64,000 bases of DNA from Fimbriosthenelais zetlandica (GCA_977030845.1 OZ365116.1:15376001-15440000), one strand, 5' to 3'; positions 1-11,999 are shown, counted from the first letter of the stretch. Notes: generated by a model not told the origin, from the letters alone. Numbers and translations are program-made.

Positions 1-77
1 ATGATTGTCATCTAAAACACTGATAATATAAATGTAAAACGTTTAGTGAGTTTTCATGTTGGAATATAGAAACCTAC

Positions 78-3000
78 ATGCTGGCCCAGCCTCCATGTAA
101 TCGTCGGTGAGATTCCTCCTTAGCTCATTAGGGAATTCCAAAGATCCATTCGTGTGGTGATAATTGTAACTTGTTGGAGGTCCATTCCTATTAATAGTAA
201 CACTTAATATAAGACTTTACCACATTCAAACGTTAAATATTGTTAAATAGATCAAGCTTTTCAATCATAAATAATGTCTTTAATAAATGAAGATAATTTA
301 GCACAATATTTCATTCAGATAATTTCGAGATGTATCTTTTAATGTTAAAAATGTTAAACGTTGAATTTGTCAAATATTGTTATATGCAAAAAGCTTACGC
401 ATAGCTGAGGACAGGGAAGGGAAGTCCATCTTTAGCTATTTCGATTTCTTCATTTGTACCATTGACGATTTCTGTGGCAAGGCCTAGAAAAAGAAAATTC
501 ATGGAACCTCCATCAATATTTTTGGTGCTTACATAGACAGATAATTCCTTGTTCAAAACAAAAGGGAAATCTTCTGATAACAACGTGATGCAGTGTAATA
601 TAATCTATCATGACTGACCTAGGATATTCGTATTGATGCCATTATAGCCCCCGGTGGTTAGAGGGAGGCTGTGATCTGCAGTAACAACTAGGAGGGTGTC
701 ATCTGCCTTGGTCGATATGTCGGCTATGTCCACAGCACGGGAGAACTCCACAGTGTCCACGAGAGCCTTCAATGCTTTAGCATCGTGATGAGCATGGTCA
801 ATCCGTCCACCTAAAATAAACATAAATTTATTCTGTATGAAAAAAAATTTACTTTAAAAAAACAGGATGTGAGTAGATTTGTTATATGAATGAAAGATTG
901 AGAACTGCCCTTATACAGTCAAATAAACTATATGATGATTCTAAAAAGAAAATACTAACTTTCAACAAAAAGACAGAAGCCTTTTTCATTCTTCTCCAAT
1001 ATTTTGATGGCTTTTTCGACCATTTCTGACAGTGAGGGTTCTGGCCAGATATTGATATCTTTCTGCCGATTCACCTCATAATGCATGTGGCCTGGTTCAA
1101 ACATCGCTGCAAATAAAAAACAATTATTTCAATGCTTAATCCGGTTTGACAAGGAAGTTACTGACACGGATTATCAGATTTAATAATTTTCAAGACACAA
1201 GTAATTTTCACAAAGAATAACAACATGTATCCTGACCTAGAAGTCGATCAATCTTCTTTGGGTCCAGTTTCTGGAAATCTTCTAGTCTCTCCACATACTC
1301 ATACACTTTATCATCTGGTTGCTTATCCTTCCACTCCTTTAACAAATAATTGGGAGGAACAAAGTGATAAGACTGATCTAACCGAAATGAGAATTTGCAA
1401 TAACAATAACGTCCATGGCATATGACTTAATATGAATAAATCTTAAGTATACAAGTAAATGCTTGAAATAATGATAAATATCATACCTGTATGAGGTTTT
1501 TCCCATCCAATCGTTCCCCTTTCACGTCGACATATTCAGGATCATTAGTTGTGTTGGGTAAAAACTTGGTGCGTCCTCCACCCATCATAACCTAATAAAA
1601 AAATATACAAGTTTATAGAGATTTTAGGAAAAAAATCATCGCGCTTTATTGTATATTTATGACTCAATACTTCACCCAATATAAACAATAATATGAAGTA
1701 ATTGTTTTCTCGATTGTAGAATAAGTCGAGTCAGAGAAAAGGGTACTTCGGGTTGCTGAAATCAGTGTTATATCTGTTGTGAACTTACAGTTAAGAAGTC
1801 TCCGCGGTCTATGAGTTGTGAGGCTATATCTTTACACTTGCCTCGAGCTGGTTCAGGTATATCACTGTCTGTTTCCCAGAATCTCTCAGCACTGTGGGCA
1901 TAAACGGCAGAAGGAGAGGCATGGGTGAGGCGGGTGGTGGTTACAATGCCTGCAGCCTTCCCTGAAAGCATTGCATAAGATATTGAAATGTCATTTACCC
2001 AGGAAGAATGATAATAACTGATTGAATAGGTATAACACCTATAGGTGTATTAATTTACCGTACCTGCTTCGGCACAATGCCAGAGAGTTGAGTAGACTTC
2101 GTGTTCCTCAGAGTAAGTGTGACACTGACCCTGGACGACATCTTCTGTGACTCCTATTGTAGCGTATGGACCCTTGACTCCTGTATGATAAGCTGTAGCT
2201 GCTGCCGCGGAGTCTGTGATCATGGCATTGCTGGCATATGTCTGTAACAAGATATTTAACGTTATATTATTCTTATTATCTCATACTTATTAACTATCAA
2301 AACTTTCAACATACATGTAGTGACTAGTCTCTTTTGTTAAACCCCATTCAATCCATCAAAAACATAGTTTCTGACCTCAATAAAGACTTTTGAGGGACAC
2401 ATTTGAAGGTCAATGAACATGATACAGATAAGGGCTTTGAGATATATTTGAATATAGTACAATTAAAGAGACTCTCACCATTGCTAGGGCGACATAGGGT
2501 AATTTCTCAAACGAGAACAAGGCGTCTCTATAGTCAATACCCTCGTTTTGGGCATGATAAAATCTGGCGGCCATGTTGTTGTTGATGCCCATGCCATCGC
2601 CCATCATCAATATTGTGTTCTTAGCTTGGCCTACAATGGGGCGAATCTCTCTGGCTTTCTTTAGCTCTTCCTTCCCTATTTTATTCCAGTCTTGCCTCGA
2701 TTCTTAAAAGAAAATTCATGCTTTTTAATGGTAGGTTCAACGTAATAAGAAACAACAGGCTTCTATACATATATATGCAAATAAAGCTCTGTAGGCCCAA
2801 ACCAAAAAGAGGCGGGGCCATAGTTGGTTGGAAGTAGGGTGATTAGTTGGAAACCTAGGCCATGTTAGATATCTTTTAATTTTTGTATTTTATATACCTG
2901 AGGGCCGCGATTGGCGTCGATCCAATCAATATTAAAAACATATAATAACCTATATTCATGTAGAAGGATCATCGTCAGGGGGCATAGGGTGTAACGGTGT

Positions 3001-3692
3001 CAATTTAAAAAACCTAGCAATATCTTTACAAGACGACAGAAGGGAATATTAACTCTCTGAATTATAGCACATACCACAGCTCAAAAAGGACCTGCCATCT
3101 AGAGCAGCACTTGTATAATTTTCTGTAGAAAATATAGCTGTAAAAAGAGTGAATGAGAATTTAAAGACTTCTAGGGGACTGTAGACCCGTAGGCCATCCT
3201 ATGTATCCGTGCCAATAGTTTGAAGCACAATGGTTCAACCTACAATTCCAAAACTGGTCCGGTACGGATCGGAGGCAAAGAGGGCTCCTGGTTATTCAGT
3301 CATGACAGCTGCATTCTATGTAAAATGTCTTGTTTGTTCGGTACATAGTTCAGGTTATTACAAACCAACCCAAACCTCACCTTACCAGCTGCATAAAAAA
3401 CACTTTCCGAGTCACATTATTTCGAATTCTTAAAATGTTTCATATTTTCCCTCGTTTTTTTTCACGTCGCAAAAATACATAATAAATGATGTAAAGAGGA
3501 ATGTCTTAGGTCGCCATAATTGCCATATAGATATATAGAGCATGCTTTTATATACTTCCTTCATGGTATCAATTATCAACAGCAACTAAAACAGTACATA
3601 CGTTTCTTGATCTTTGCTGAAGCGCCTGCCAGCAGGAGGGCCAGTAAGATGATCCATGAACGTGTTGTGAATCCACAATTCATCATGGCCAT
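78..3692 (-). CDS. Alkaline phosphatase paralog A (metazoan ALPL/TNAP-like); 3'-partial, last exon lies left of the window
   Basis: Ten coding exons rebuilt by hand, all GT-AG and phase-compatible: 3692-3602, 2702-2479, 2241-2064, 1961-1789, 1591-1487, 1336-1237, 1106-960, 810-619, 483-399, 187-78. N-terminal signal peptide (MAMMNCGFTTRSWIILLALLLAGASA). AP motifs: ILMMGDGMG, ITDSAAAATAYHTG (catalytic Ser), [57 protein letters not shown]. The ETHGGE/GPI exon is outside the window. Confidence 0.95.
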
Positions 3693-3851
3693 TCCTAATG
3701 TTAATCCTTTAGCTAAATCCCCGTCTCCTATCCTTTCTCAGTCAATGTCCTCTTTTTATCCACTCTCTTGTATTCGTTTATCTCAATCCTGAAAGATTTC
3801 AATTCTCTTTTCTTCCTAGCCTTGCTTTCGTCACTTTCACTTCTCTCATTC

Positions 3852-3857
<6 letters not shown>

Positions 3858-3883
<26 letters not shown>
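3858..3883. repeat. (CT)n/(GA)n microsatellite upstream of the ALP-A start codon
   Basis: About 13 uninterrupted CT units seen directly. Confidence 0.9.
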
Positions 3884-4259
3884 TGTCTATGTTTACCACC
3901 TGTCCGGTACCTCTCCCCTCACTAACCTTTATGAGATCACACGGTGTTAAGTAGCTACCTGTATATGATCTGTTAGACTGAAAAAGAGAACACAGTGACG
4001 TAAAGGGGAGGGTGTGTGCGATGAGGAGGTCCATGTATACAAGTGGATTCATCTTTCTGCTCTATTTACAGAAAAAAGCAGATTCATGAGAACAGGTTAA
4101 AATGAAGTTATCAATTTTTTATACTCGCTTCAGTGTGTTTATGAAAATAGAGATTGCACATTCATGTCACTTCTGAATAGATGTTTATAACCAAATCTTT
4201 TAAACCGGGGAATTAAGGCACATTTGCTGGAGATGGTTAATTTTTTGACGTTATTTATC

Positions 4260-4265
4260 TTTATT
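4260..4265 (-). terminator. Probable polyadenylation signal of ALP-B
   Basis: AATAAA on the minus strand ~115 nt after the TGA at 4381-4383. Confidence 0.55.
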
Positions 4266-4380
4266 TTGATACAAGTTATAGACTCATTCTCCCACTTTAG
4301 ATTGTTGGTCCCTTTTGTGTACTGTACATACGAAACCCACATCAAACCAAGTACAATACTTCTGCGTAAGGAATGAAAGG

Positions 4381-7300
4381 TCAGAAAGAGATCATTGAGG
4401 CCACTAATGTAAAGGCCAGGAGTAGGACGTTAATCAATGGGGCTGGGTATGTTTTATATGCAGTAGATGTGTTTTCAGGAGGAGAAGTGGGCCAGTGTCT
4501 GTAAATGTCAGTGTTTTTAGGGCAGTGTTCTGACTCTTGGTATGGTCCTACACAGGAAGCGTACATCATAACGTGGGCTACATGGGTCTGCTCGTGTGTT
4601 TTGTGGAAGAGATGGCCCATGGGTCCCCGGGCGTAGATAGCCACCTCCTCCCCACCGTGAGTCTCGTCAATGAGCGGGACTGCCGCATCCTGCTGGTAAT
4701 CTGGCCCGTCTGAAAATAATGCGCTTTTTAGGTGGAATTGTGGGGTTTATATCAGATGAAGATTTACATCAGACTGGTTCATGTTAAATAAGGGATAATA
4801 AGTATAGGTAGGATGTGGAACACTTTCATCTGCCATCAACCCGAGTAAGGGTTAAAAATGTACTGGAAATTTAAATTTAAAGAAAAAAGGACAAAAAACT
4901 TACACAAACGTCCAGTGTGAGCGTCTTCAGTGAGGTCTCGCCGCTTGGCATTCGGGGAGTTTATAGAACCGTTAGTGTGATGGTAGATGAACCCGGGTCC
5001 ATTGCTGTGGAGTAAATACAGAGATTAGTTCTATAATTATAATCTTTATTTAATCAACAAAATGTTGGTGCATATACAAATGTATATACATAAATGGTAT
5101 AAACTGTTGTATTATTCATAAAACTTACGCATAGGACAATATGGTATAAGGCATCTTGTCATCTGCTATTTCATCTACGATGTCGCTTCCATTTGCTGTT
5201 GTTACCAAGCCTGAAATTCAAAAAAGTGAACTGCAAATTTTGGTGAATTATAGATTTGGCCAAATTTATTAGTATAATTGATCTAAGGTTGTGGGCCGAT
5301 GATGAGATATTTCCCTCCCCTACCAATTATTAGTGATCTAAGGTTGTTGCTTTATTACTTTCTCATTTGGTCGATTAGGGGCAATCTCCCTCCACTACCT
5401 ATTATTTATAATCGGACTTATAATGGACAGGCCGAAAGAACCCAAAAGGAGCAAACGGATAGAAAACGGATTATGAACTGACAGAAAGCGGACTTAGGTA
5501 GAGAGGTAATGTACCTTATATGTTAGGGAATATGTAGAGAGGTACTGTACCTAATATGTTGGTGTTGATGGAGGGGTAGCCACCCACAGTGAAGGCATGA
5601 CTATGGTCAGCTGTGACTATAATCAGTGTATCCTCTTCATTAGTCATGTCTACAGCGCGCTTCACAGCATCAGACAAGGCCACAGTCTCATTCAAGGCGC
5701 GGAAGGCATTCCCTGCATGGTGGGCGTGGTCTATCCTCCCACCTGTCAGTCAGTATTTTTATACAGTCAATTGATACATTATTTTATTGCCAATTTCGCA
5801 ATCAGAAAATTCACGAAAGGTTACCAAATGTAAGGAATTATACATAAAGAAATTATCATACATTTATAGATGTAGATGATAAGAGTGGTAGCCACTGACT
5901 TACCTTCTACAAACAAGAAGTAGCCTTCCTCGGAACGTTGGAGTATTTGTATAGCCTTTTCTGTCATTTCAGCAATGGACGGCTCACCCCAGTCATCTTT
6001 ATCACTCCCCTTGTTTCTGTCTACTTCATACTTCATGTGTAAAGGCTCAAAAAGTCCTATCAAAATAATTCAACACATTTTCAAGTGAACACTTTGCAAA
6101 ACAGAGCTAAACCAGACTGATGAATGTAAAATTGCAATGACCTACCCATCACGTAGTCCACATCAGATGGATCGATGTCATCGAACTCCTCCATATTTCT
6201 CACATATTCGTATTTATAATTCCCATCATCCTTTTTCATCTTCCATTCCTTAAAAGTAGAGAGAGATGTAGGTTAATTTCAGTCTGTTTAATGAACATCT
6301 ATCAAAGTTGTCTGAGTTAGTTTTCGTGTAAAGTACCTTAATCAGATCGCGTCCATCTTGCCGCATGCCCCGGACACCTTGGTATTCCGGATCAAAGCTT
6401 GTGTTGGGCATAAACATGGATCTTCCCCCTCCTAAAACCACCTGTTAGCAGAAAAATAAAAATATATTGACTGTATAATGCCTTTATAGTTCATTAACAA
6501 GTGAGCGGAGAATTTAAGATAGGGCTGAATTAATATTACATTTTCAAGATATTAGTTTCTGGCGTGCCACCTCACATTGTGGATGGCACCCCTCGTTTCT
6601 CTCAGATCAATGCAATATTTCAGGTGAAGTCAGGATATTTCCTGGTAATAAACCATCATACAGTGGAGGGTTAGAGGTAAGTGGGAGTAAAGGTACTAAC
6701 CCTGATGTCATTGTCCTCTATGAGTTGGCGGGCGATGTCCTTACATCTGTCCCTCACGTCAGGGGGCTGGTAGCTGTCAGCCTCCCAGTTACGATCAGCT
6801 GATGCTGCATAAGATGCTGAAGGTGAGGCATGAGTCACACGGGCTGTGCTCACCACTCCTGTCCACTTACCTTCAACAAAGCTCAATATTAAAGCTCATG
6901 TACAGCAAATACAGCAAAGCTAAATTCTCAGAGATACTATAGTCGCTTAGCTACACATTTTGGATTCAGTTCTAACAGTGGACATTATCTAACTAATTAT
7001 TATAGGCCTTGATCAAAATATGTGGCTTGAAATAGCAATCCTTCAGGGCTCTTCCTGTCAGGTTGCTATTTGTACAGCCACTTGATCTAGATCTTACCTG
7101 CATGGTTAGAATGCTCTAGAATAGAAGACAGCTCATTGCCAGCCACGGTATCACAGCGCCCCCGAGTGACATCTTGGTTAACTGCAATGGTTCCATAGTT
7201 CGACTTTTCACCACACAGATAGGCGCCAGCTGAAGCGGCCGAGCCAGTCACCATACGATCAGCATTGTAAGTCTTCAACAAAGATATTATGTCATAATTA

Positions 7301-8806
7301 ACTATAGGAAATTTCAGTGAAATTGTGCCAAGAAAATCCTACAAGTCACTGCTCAAGTACAATAGGATTAATGGTTTAATTTTTAGATTGAATTATAATT
7401 AAATTTTAGTAGAGTTCAATGAATGAACTGACCATGGAGAGGCCCAGGTAAGGGAACTTCTCAAACTCCATGCTGGCGTCTCGGTATGACGTTCCCAGTC
7501 TCTGAGCGTTGTACACCCTGCTGGCCATGACGTTACTCACACCCATACCGTCACCCAGGAAGAGAATCACATTACGAGCTACTCCTAACCTAGGTCTGCT
7601 GGCTAGAGCTGCTCGCAGCTCCTCCCTCCCCACCTTCTCCCAGTCCTGCCGCGCCTCTGTGGATGAGAAAAGTTCAACCAGCCATTAGCTTAATGCTCGT
7701 CTTCAAATTTAAGCTTTGTAACTAAACTTTGAGTTGGACAAGTTATGTACCATTATGAATATAATCTATTGCGCAAAACATAGCTTTCAAAACAATAACA
7801 TACTATTCATTGTCATTTCCAAGTGAGAGGAAAAGACTTGTAGAAAAGGCTTTTTGAATTTTTGTTGAGTGTAAATACTTTAACCATTCATTCTATGTTC
7901 AACAACTAAGCATACTATAGACACCATGCATGGGGAATGTCATAAATTGAATAAGTTGTGGTCTATGGGAAGCAGCATGACAGGGTGGAATGTTGACTTA
8001 GTTTAACCCTGTCTAAAGAGAACCTACAACCCATTGACCTGGCTCCTTGCAAACACTTTCAACACTCAAATATTAATACCCCATATTTGTCACCAGCTTT
8101 GAGCAGAGAAAACAATTTATAGAGGACAAATGTGACCTAGAATCATACTTTATATGTCTGAATTCTACACCGGAGGTTTCAGTGACTTTGCAAGTGTAAT
8201 AGCAAATATTATTTGTACTTGATGAAGAGAAATGTCTTGGAGATATGCATTTCTAGAGATGTCTACGGTGGTGATATTGTTAAGTATGAGTAACACGTAG
8301 AGTGGACCAATGCTTGTGAAAGTCAACAAGAGGTACAAACAAAGAGGACGTCTTAATAAATGACACATGTTTCCCTCACATGGACCACATACAGCGTCTC
8401 TCCGCCCATGTACATCACTTTTTTTTATTACTTCTTCCGGGAATGGCTATTATATACAATGCAAACAAGCAAAACTAAACCAATGTGAATATGAATGGAA
8501 ACAAATATTTAGGTTATATGAGCTTTTAGACAAGGAATATAAATCAAAACATGGCACTATTCCCCATGAGTGGATCATAACTTGTCCCTGCACTTTATGC
8601 TGAAAAATATATTTTACTCATATTTCACCATAAGTCTACCAATTATTTCTTGGTGAATTATTGAGAATAATCCCTCAGAGACAAACAACTATGTGCTGTT
8701 TCTCCAGCCTCCAGAATGTACCTAGAAAGTCGAACTTACGTTTCGGGAATGAATGGCCATGGTTTACCAGTGATAAAAGTAAAATAATCAAGGTGATGGT
8801 GAGCAT
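4381..8806 (-). CDS. Alkaline phosphatase paralog B (metazoan ALPL/TNAP-like), complete, 566 aa, predicted GPI-anchored
   Basis: Eleven exons, all GT-AG: 8806-8740, 7656-7433, 7272-7098, 6870-6701, 6441-6337, 6248-6146, 6056-5904, 5742-5551, 5210-5129, 5004-4904, 4709-4381. They sum to 1701 nt = 566 codons + TGA. Signal peptide [19 protein letters not shown]. Motifs: [71 protein letters not shown]. Hydrophobic C-terminus [18 protein letters not shown]. Confidence 0.97.
5266..5410. repeat. Degenerate short tandem duplication in ALP-B intron 8
   Basis: TTATTAG..GATCTAAGGTTGT occurs twice and TCCCTCC(C/A)CTACC(A/T)ATTATT occurs twice within ~150 bp. Confidence 0.5.
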
Positions 8807-8954
8807 GGTGCCACAGCGCTGAGTAAAGCAGGCTTGTAGAGAAGCGTGTGTCTTTGTCCTCTCACAGTTAAACAACTACTCACGCACTCACTTGTCCTCT
8901 CACATCTGACTTGAGACTGAGTGAATACTAGACCAAGTGAAACCCTTGTAGTCC

Positions 8955-8960
8955 TTTATA
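8955..8960 (-). promoter_or_regulatory. TATA box of ALP-B (putative)
   Basis: TATAAAGG on the minus strand ~150 nt upstream of the ATG at 8806. Confidence 0.5.
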
Positions 8961-9785
8961 CAGGTCAGACCCTCCATCCCCGCATTTTCTGTATTCCATG
9001 CAGTCTCTTTTAGAATGAGTACCAGATGTTAAAATTTAAACTACCGGCATGCTCCAGAGATGTATTATCACTTGATTTTTTATGAAATCATAACTTGTAT
9101 GTTTGGTATTAAGCTGCTGGTATATGTACATATATATGCATAAAAATAACATTTATTCGTTGCACTATAAGTAATGTTAACAGAATCATGCGTTGTGGTC
9201 ATAGTATGTTATAGAAAGTGCTTATATCAATACTGAGTAACGTATTGAATGCATGCACATCAGATTTAGTAGAAGTCAGTGAAGAGGATACCCGCACTCT
9301 CCTACATCTTCAAAATTACTGATCAGTATTGATTAATGTCCCAAGTGCGAGATTTCATGTAAAATCGGGCATGAAACTGATTTAATAAGCAGTACACAAG
9401 TTATACAACATTGGCAATTTCTAAAACATTTGTTGTACACGAACAGGTACTGTAAAACAACCTTGCTGGTGATTAGTCTATCAATATCCTTCTAACTAGC
9501 AAGGTTACAAGCAAGCGTAAATGGCCGTAGCAAGTTTTTTTCTGCGTGCCCATCCCTACAACAGAAAGCGGCAATCAGTGACAGCCATCATCCTAATTTG
9601 CTTAATAGCAAAGCGAGGTCCGTCCAGCAGATTAGCGATATAATGTGACAGTACATAATGCCTCCCGCTTAATGGATGTTAGCGGCTGTCAAGAGCCATT
9701 CTCCAGGCAACTGCACATTATATTAGTATTAAAGGTTACTCTTACTAATAAAATAACAATTGAACATAACTGATATAGTGATGAA

Positions 9786-9900
9786 CCCCCGGGCAAAAGG
9801 AGGGCACGGGCCTGATATATTGATATATATATATATAGTGGTGATCAATGTCCCCGGCTCAAAGTGGGCCCCGAGTAGGCCAGTAGCCTGATATATTGAT
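9786..9900. repeat. Dispersed short repeat family, copy 1 (core CCTGATATATTGATA, two units)
   Basis: CCCCCGGGCAAAAGGAGGGCACGGGCCTGATATATTGATA aligns by eye with the units at 26321-26460. The core motif recurs at ~9886. Confidence 0.5.
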
Positions 9901-11999
9901 AGTTTGCTCCATAGGAATGTTATAAGAAGTTGTCCATAAAATATGGTTATATTTGAAGTGCATAATTATATATTTTGGTAGAATGTATATAAACTCAAAG
10001 TTACCAAGATACATTTCCATGGAAGGAGGATAGAACATTACAATGACATGACAATGACCACATCCATAATACATCAATTCTATTACCTTTAACTACAAGG
10101 GGAAAATAAGGGATCTTTAGGGCGGAGACATTAATCATATAAAAAAGAGAAAGATTGACTGCTCATGAATAATTCATGAAAGCTGACTAAAATATGCGGG
10201 TCACAATAATGGATGTAATGCAGTTTATGCAAAATTTCTTTCACCTTCATGTTTATAGCTTCCGTAGTCATTCCGTGTCCAAGAAAAACATTTTTAATTA
10301 TCCTAGCGCATTATGGCCACCGGAATGCCTGCATTTTGTGTCGCCTTAAGAAAGCACTAAAGTTGGTTTCAAACTTGTGATAAATTGCATATGGTTATTA
10401 CGTGACAGAAGGGTATGGATCATAGATACGGGACTTATATAGCTTGATTGCCCCAGGGAGTGGTGTGTATAAACTAAATTACGACATCCACGAGGAGGGC
10501 ACATGCTTATACAGATTGGAAAAATAGAAGTGGATCCCTCTGAGAGATTAATAATTCAGAAAATGAATTTAAAAAAACTTGAATGCTGGGTAATTCAGTT
10601 GATAATGATGAAAGCCTAATCTTTCAAATTGTAACATCCTGGGCTACGAAATTAAGATATGTTGAATATATACATTGACTGGGGCTTTGACAGGAATGAA
10701 CACAAGCCATTAAAAGCATGAATAGAGTGCCATCAGGCGGAATAAAAGCCCCTCATGGACACAGATAATACTCCATTAGCATTTCACAAATCATCAGTTC
10801 TGACAGAAATAACAAGATTTCAGGAATTGGAAATTGGGCCCATTTGCTGTTGGAACAGGGGACTGGTCGTTTGCCTGTGCCTCATTCATTCTCATAATGT
10901 GTTTGTATCTGCTTATTGTCATAAATATTCATGAGCAACGCTTCCTCGTTTGAATCCGAGAAATTAAGGCGTTGTCTCTATTCAATCTGAAATATCCGTT
11001 GTAAATGCCTGTGGTCTTTAGTAAAGTAATTCACGTGTTTTAACACTGATTCCAGTTGGTACTGCCCATACATTAAGGCTCCTGTGAACCATGTGGACTT
11101 TTTTTGTATGTTTAAATGACTTTGCTGCTCCTGCCCAGCTTCACCTCAATATTCTACATTCCTTCACAGTCATCCTCCTCAATCTGTCTACCCTGCTGCC
11201 ACCGTCTGGCTCCGCATCACACTGCTTTCATTCTGGACTATCCATGTTTAAAGCAATATTTGTTGTCTCGTTGTTCAACGAATAGTCACAAAATGAGGGA
11301 AGCTGAAATTACAGGCATATATATATATATCCTAGCATGATGAATGTACAGAGGAGCATTGTCTGTACGGGAAAGGTTAAAGCGCTTCATTTCCTTCAGC
11401 AGCACAAATATTTGAAGGCTTCCCTTGTTTACTGATGGTGGCAGCACCAGGGCGTTTTTAATTGGATTCATGGGGGCAAGGTGCCCTTGGCAACCCTTGC
11501 AAATTAACTCTAATCACTCTAGCGTGACCAGATAGGCCCTTCCTCTACAGGGCCCTTCCAAGTGAAGGTCATTCTGAGGGCTTCCCGGGTATAAATCATT
11601 CTTTGTTCGGACAGGCAAGTATAAAATATTCACCACCACCCTCCTATATGCACTCTAGCAAAGGGCCCAGCTACAGCAATTGTAAAGCAAATGAACATAT
11701 TAGTTGGGGTCTGGCCCTCCGTCAACCCTTGCCTTTCCACCTCAATTGGTAAATTACTCGTTTGCTTGCGGATCTGGTCACTATTTAAACAGTGGCCATA
11801 CTCCCACATTGCCTAACCCCCTCGTGTATCCCTTGTGGCCATCATGCAGCAAACAAGAGAAACCATGACATACTGGAGGAAATACTAGGCTATAGGTTCC
11901 AATCTTGTCACGATACCTCTGCTGCACAAGATCCACCAGTGATTTCATAGCCGAGAAATACTAAGACCTAATCAGTGTTTTTTTCATTACAACAGGGAA

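Noticed and set aside
484-583. Longer ALP-A exon 9 suggested by ORF 395-583 (EDFPFVLNKELS...)
   Set aside because: The strong acceptor TTTTCTTTTTCTAG at 484-497 gives an 85-nt exon matching ALP-B exon 9 (82 nt). The extension has no ALP similarity.
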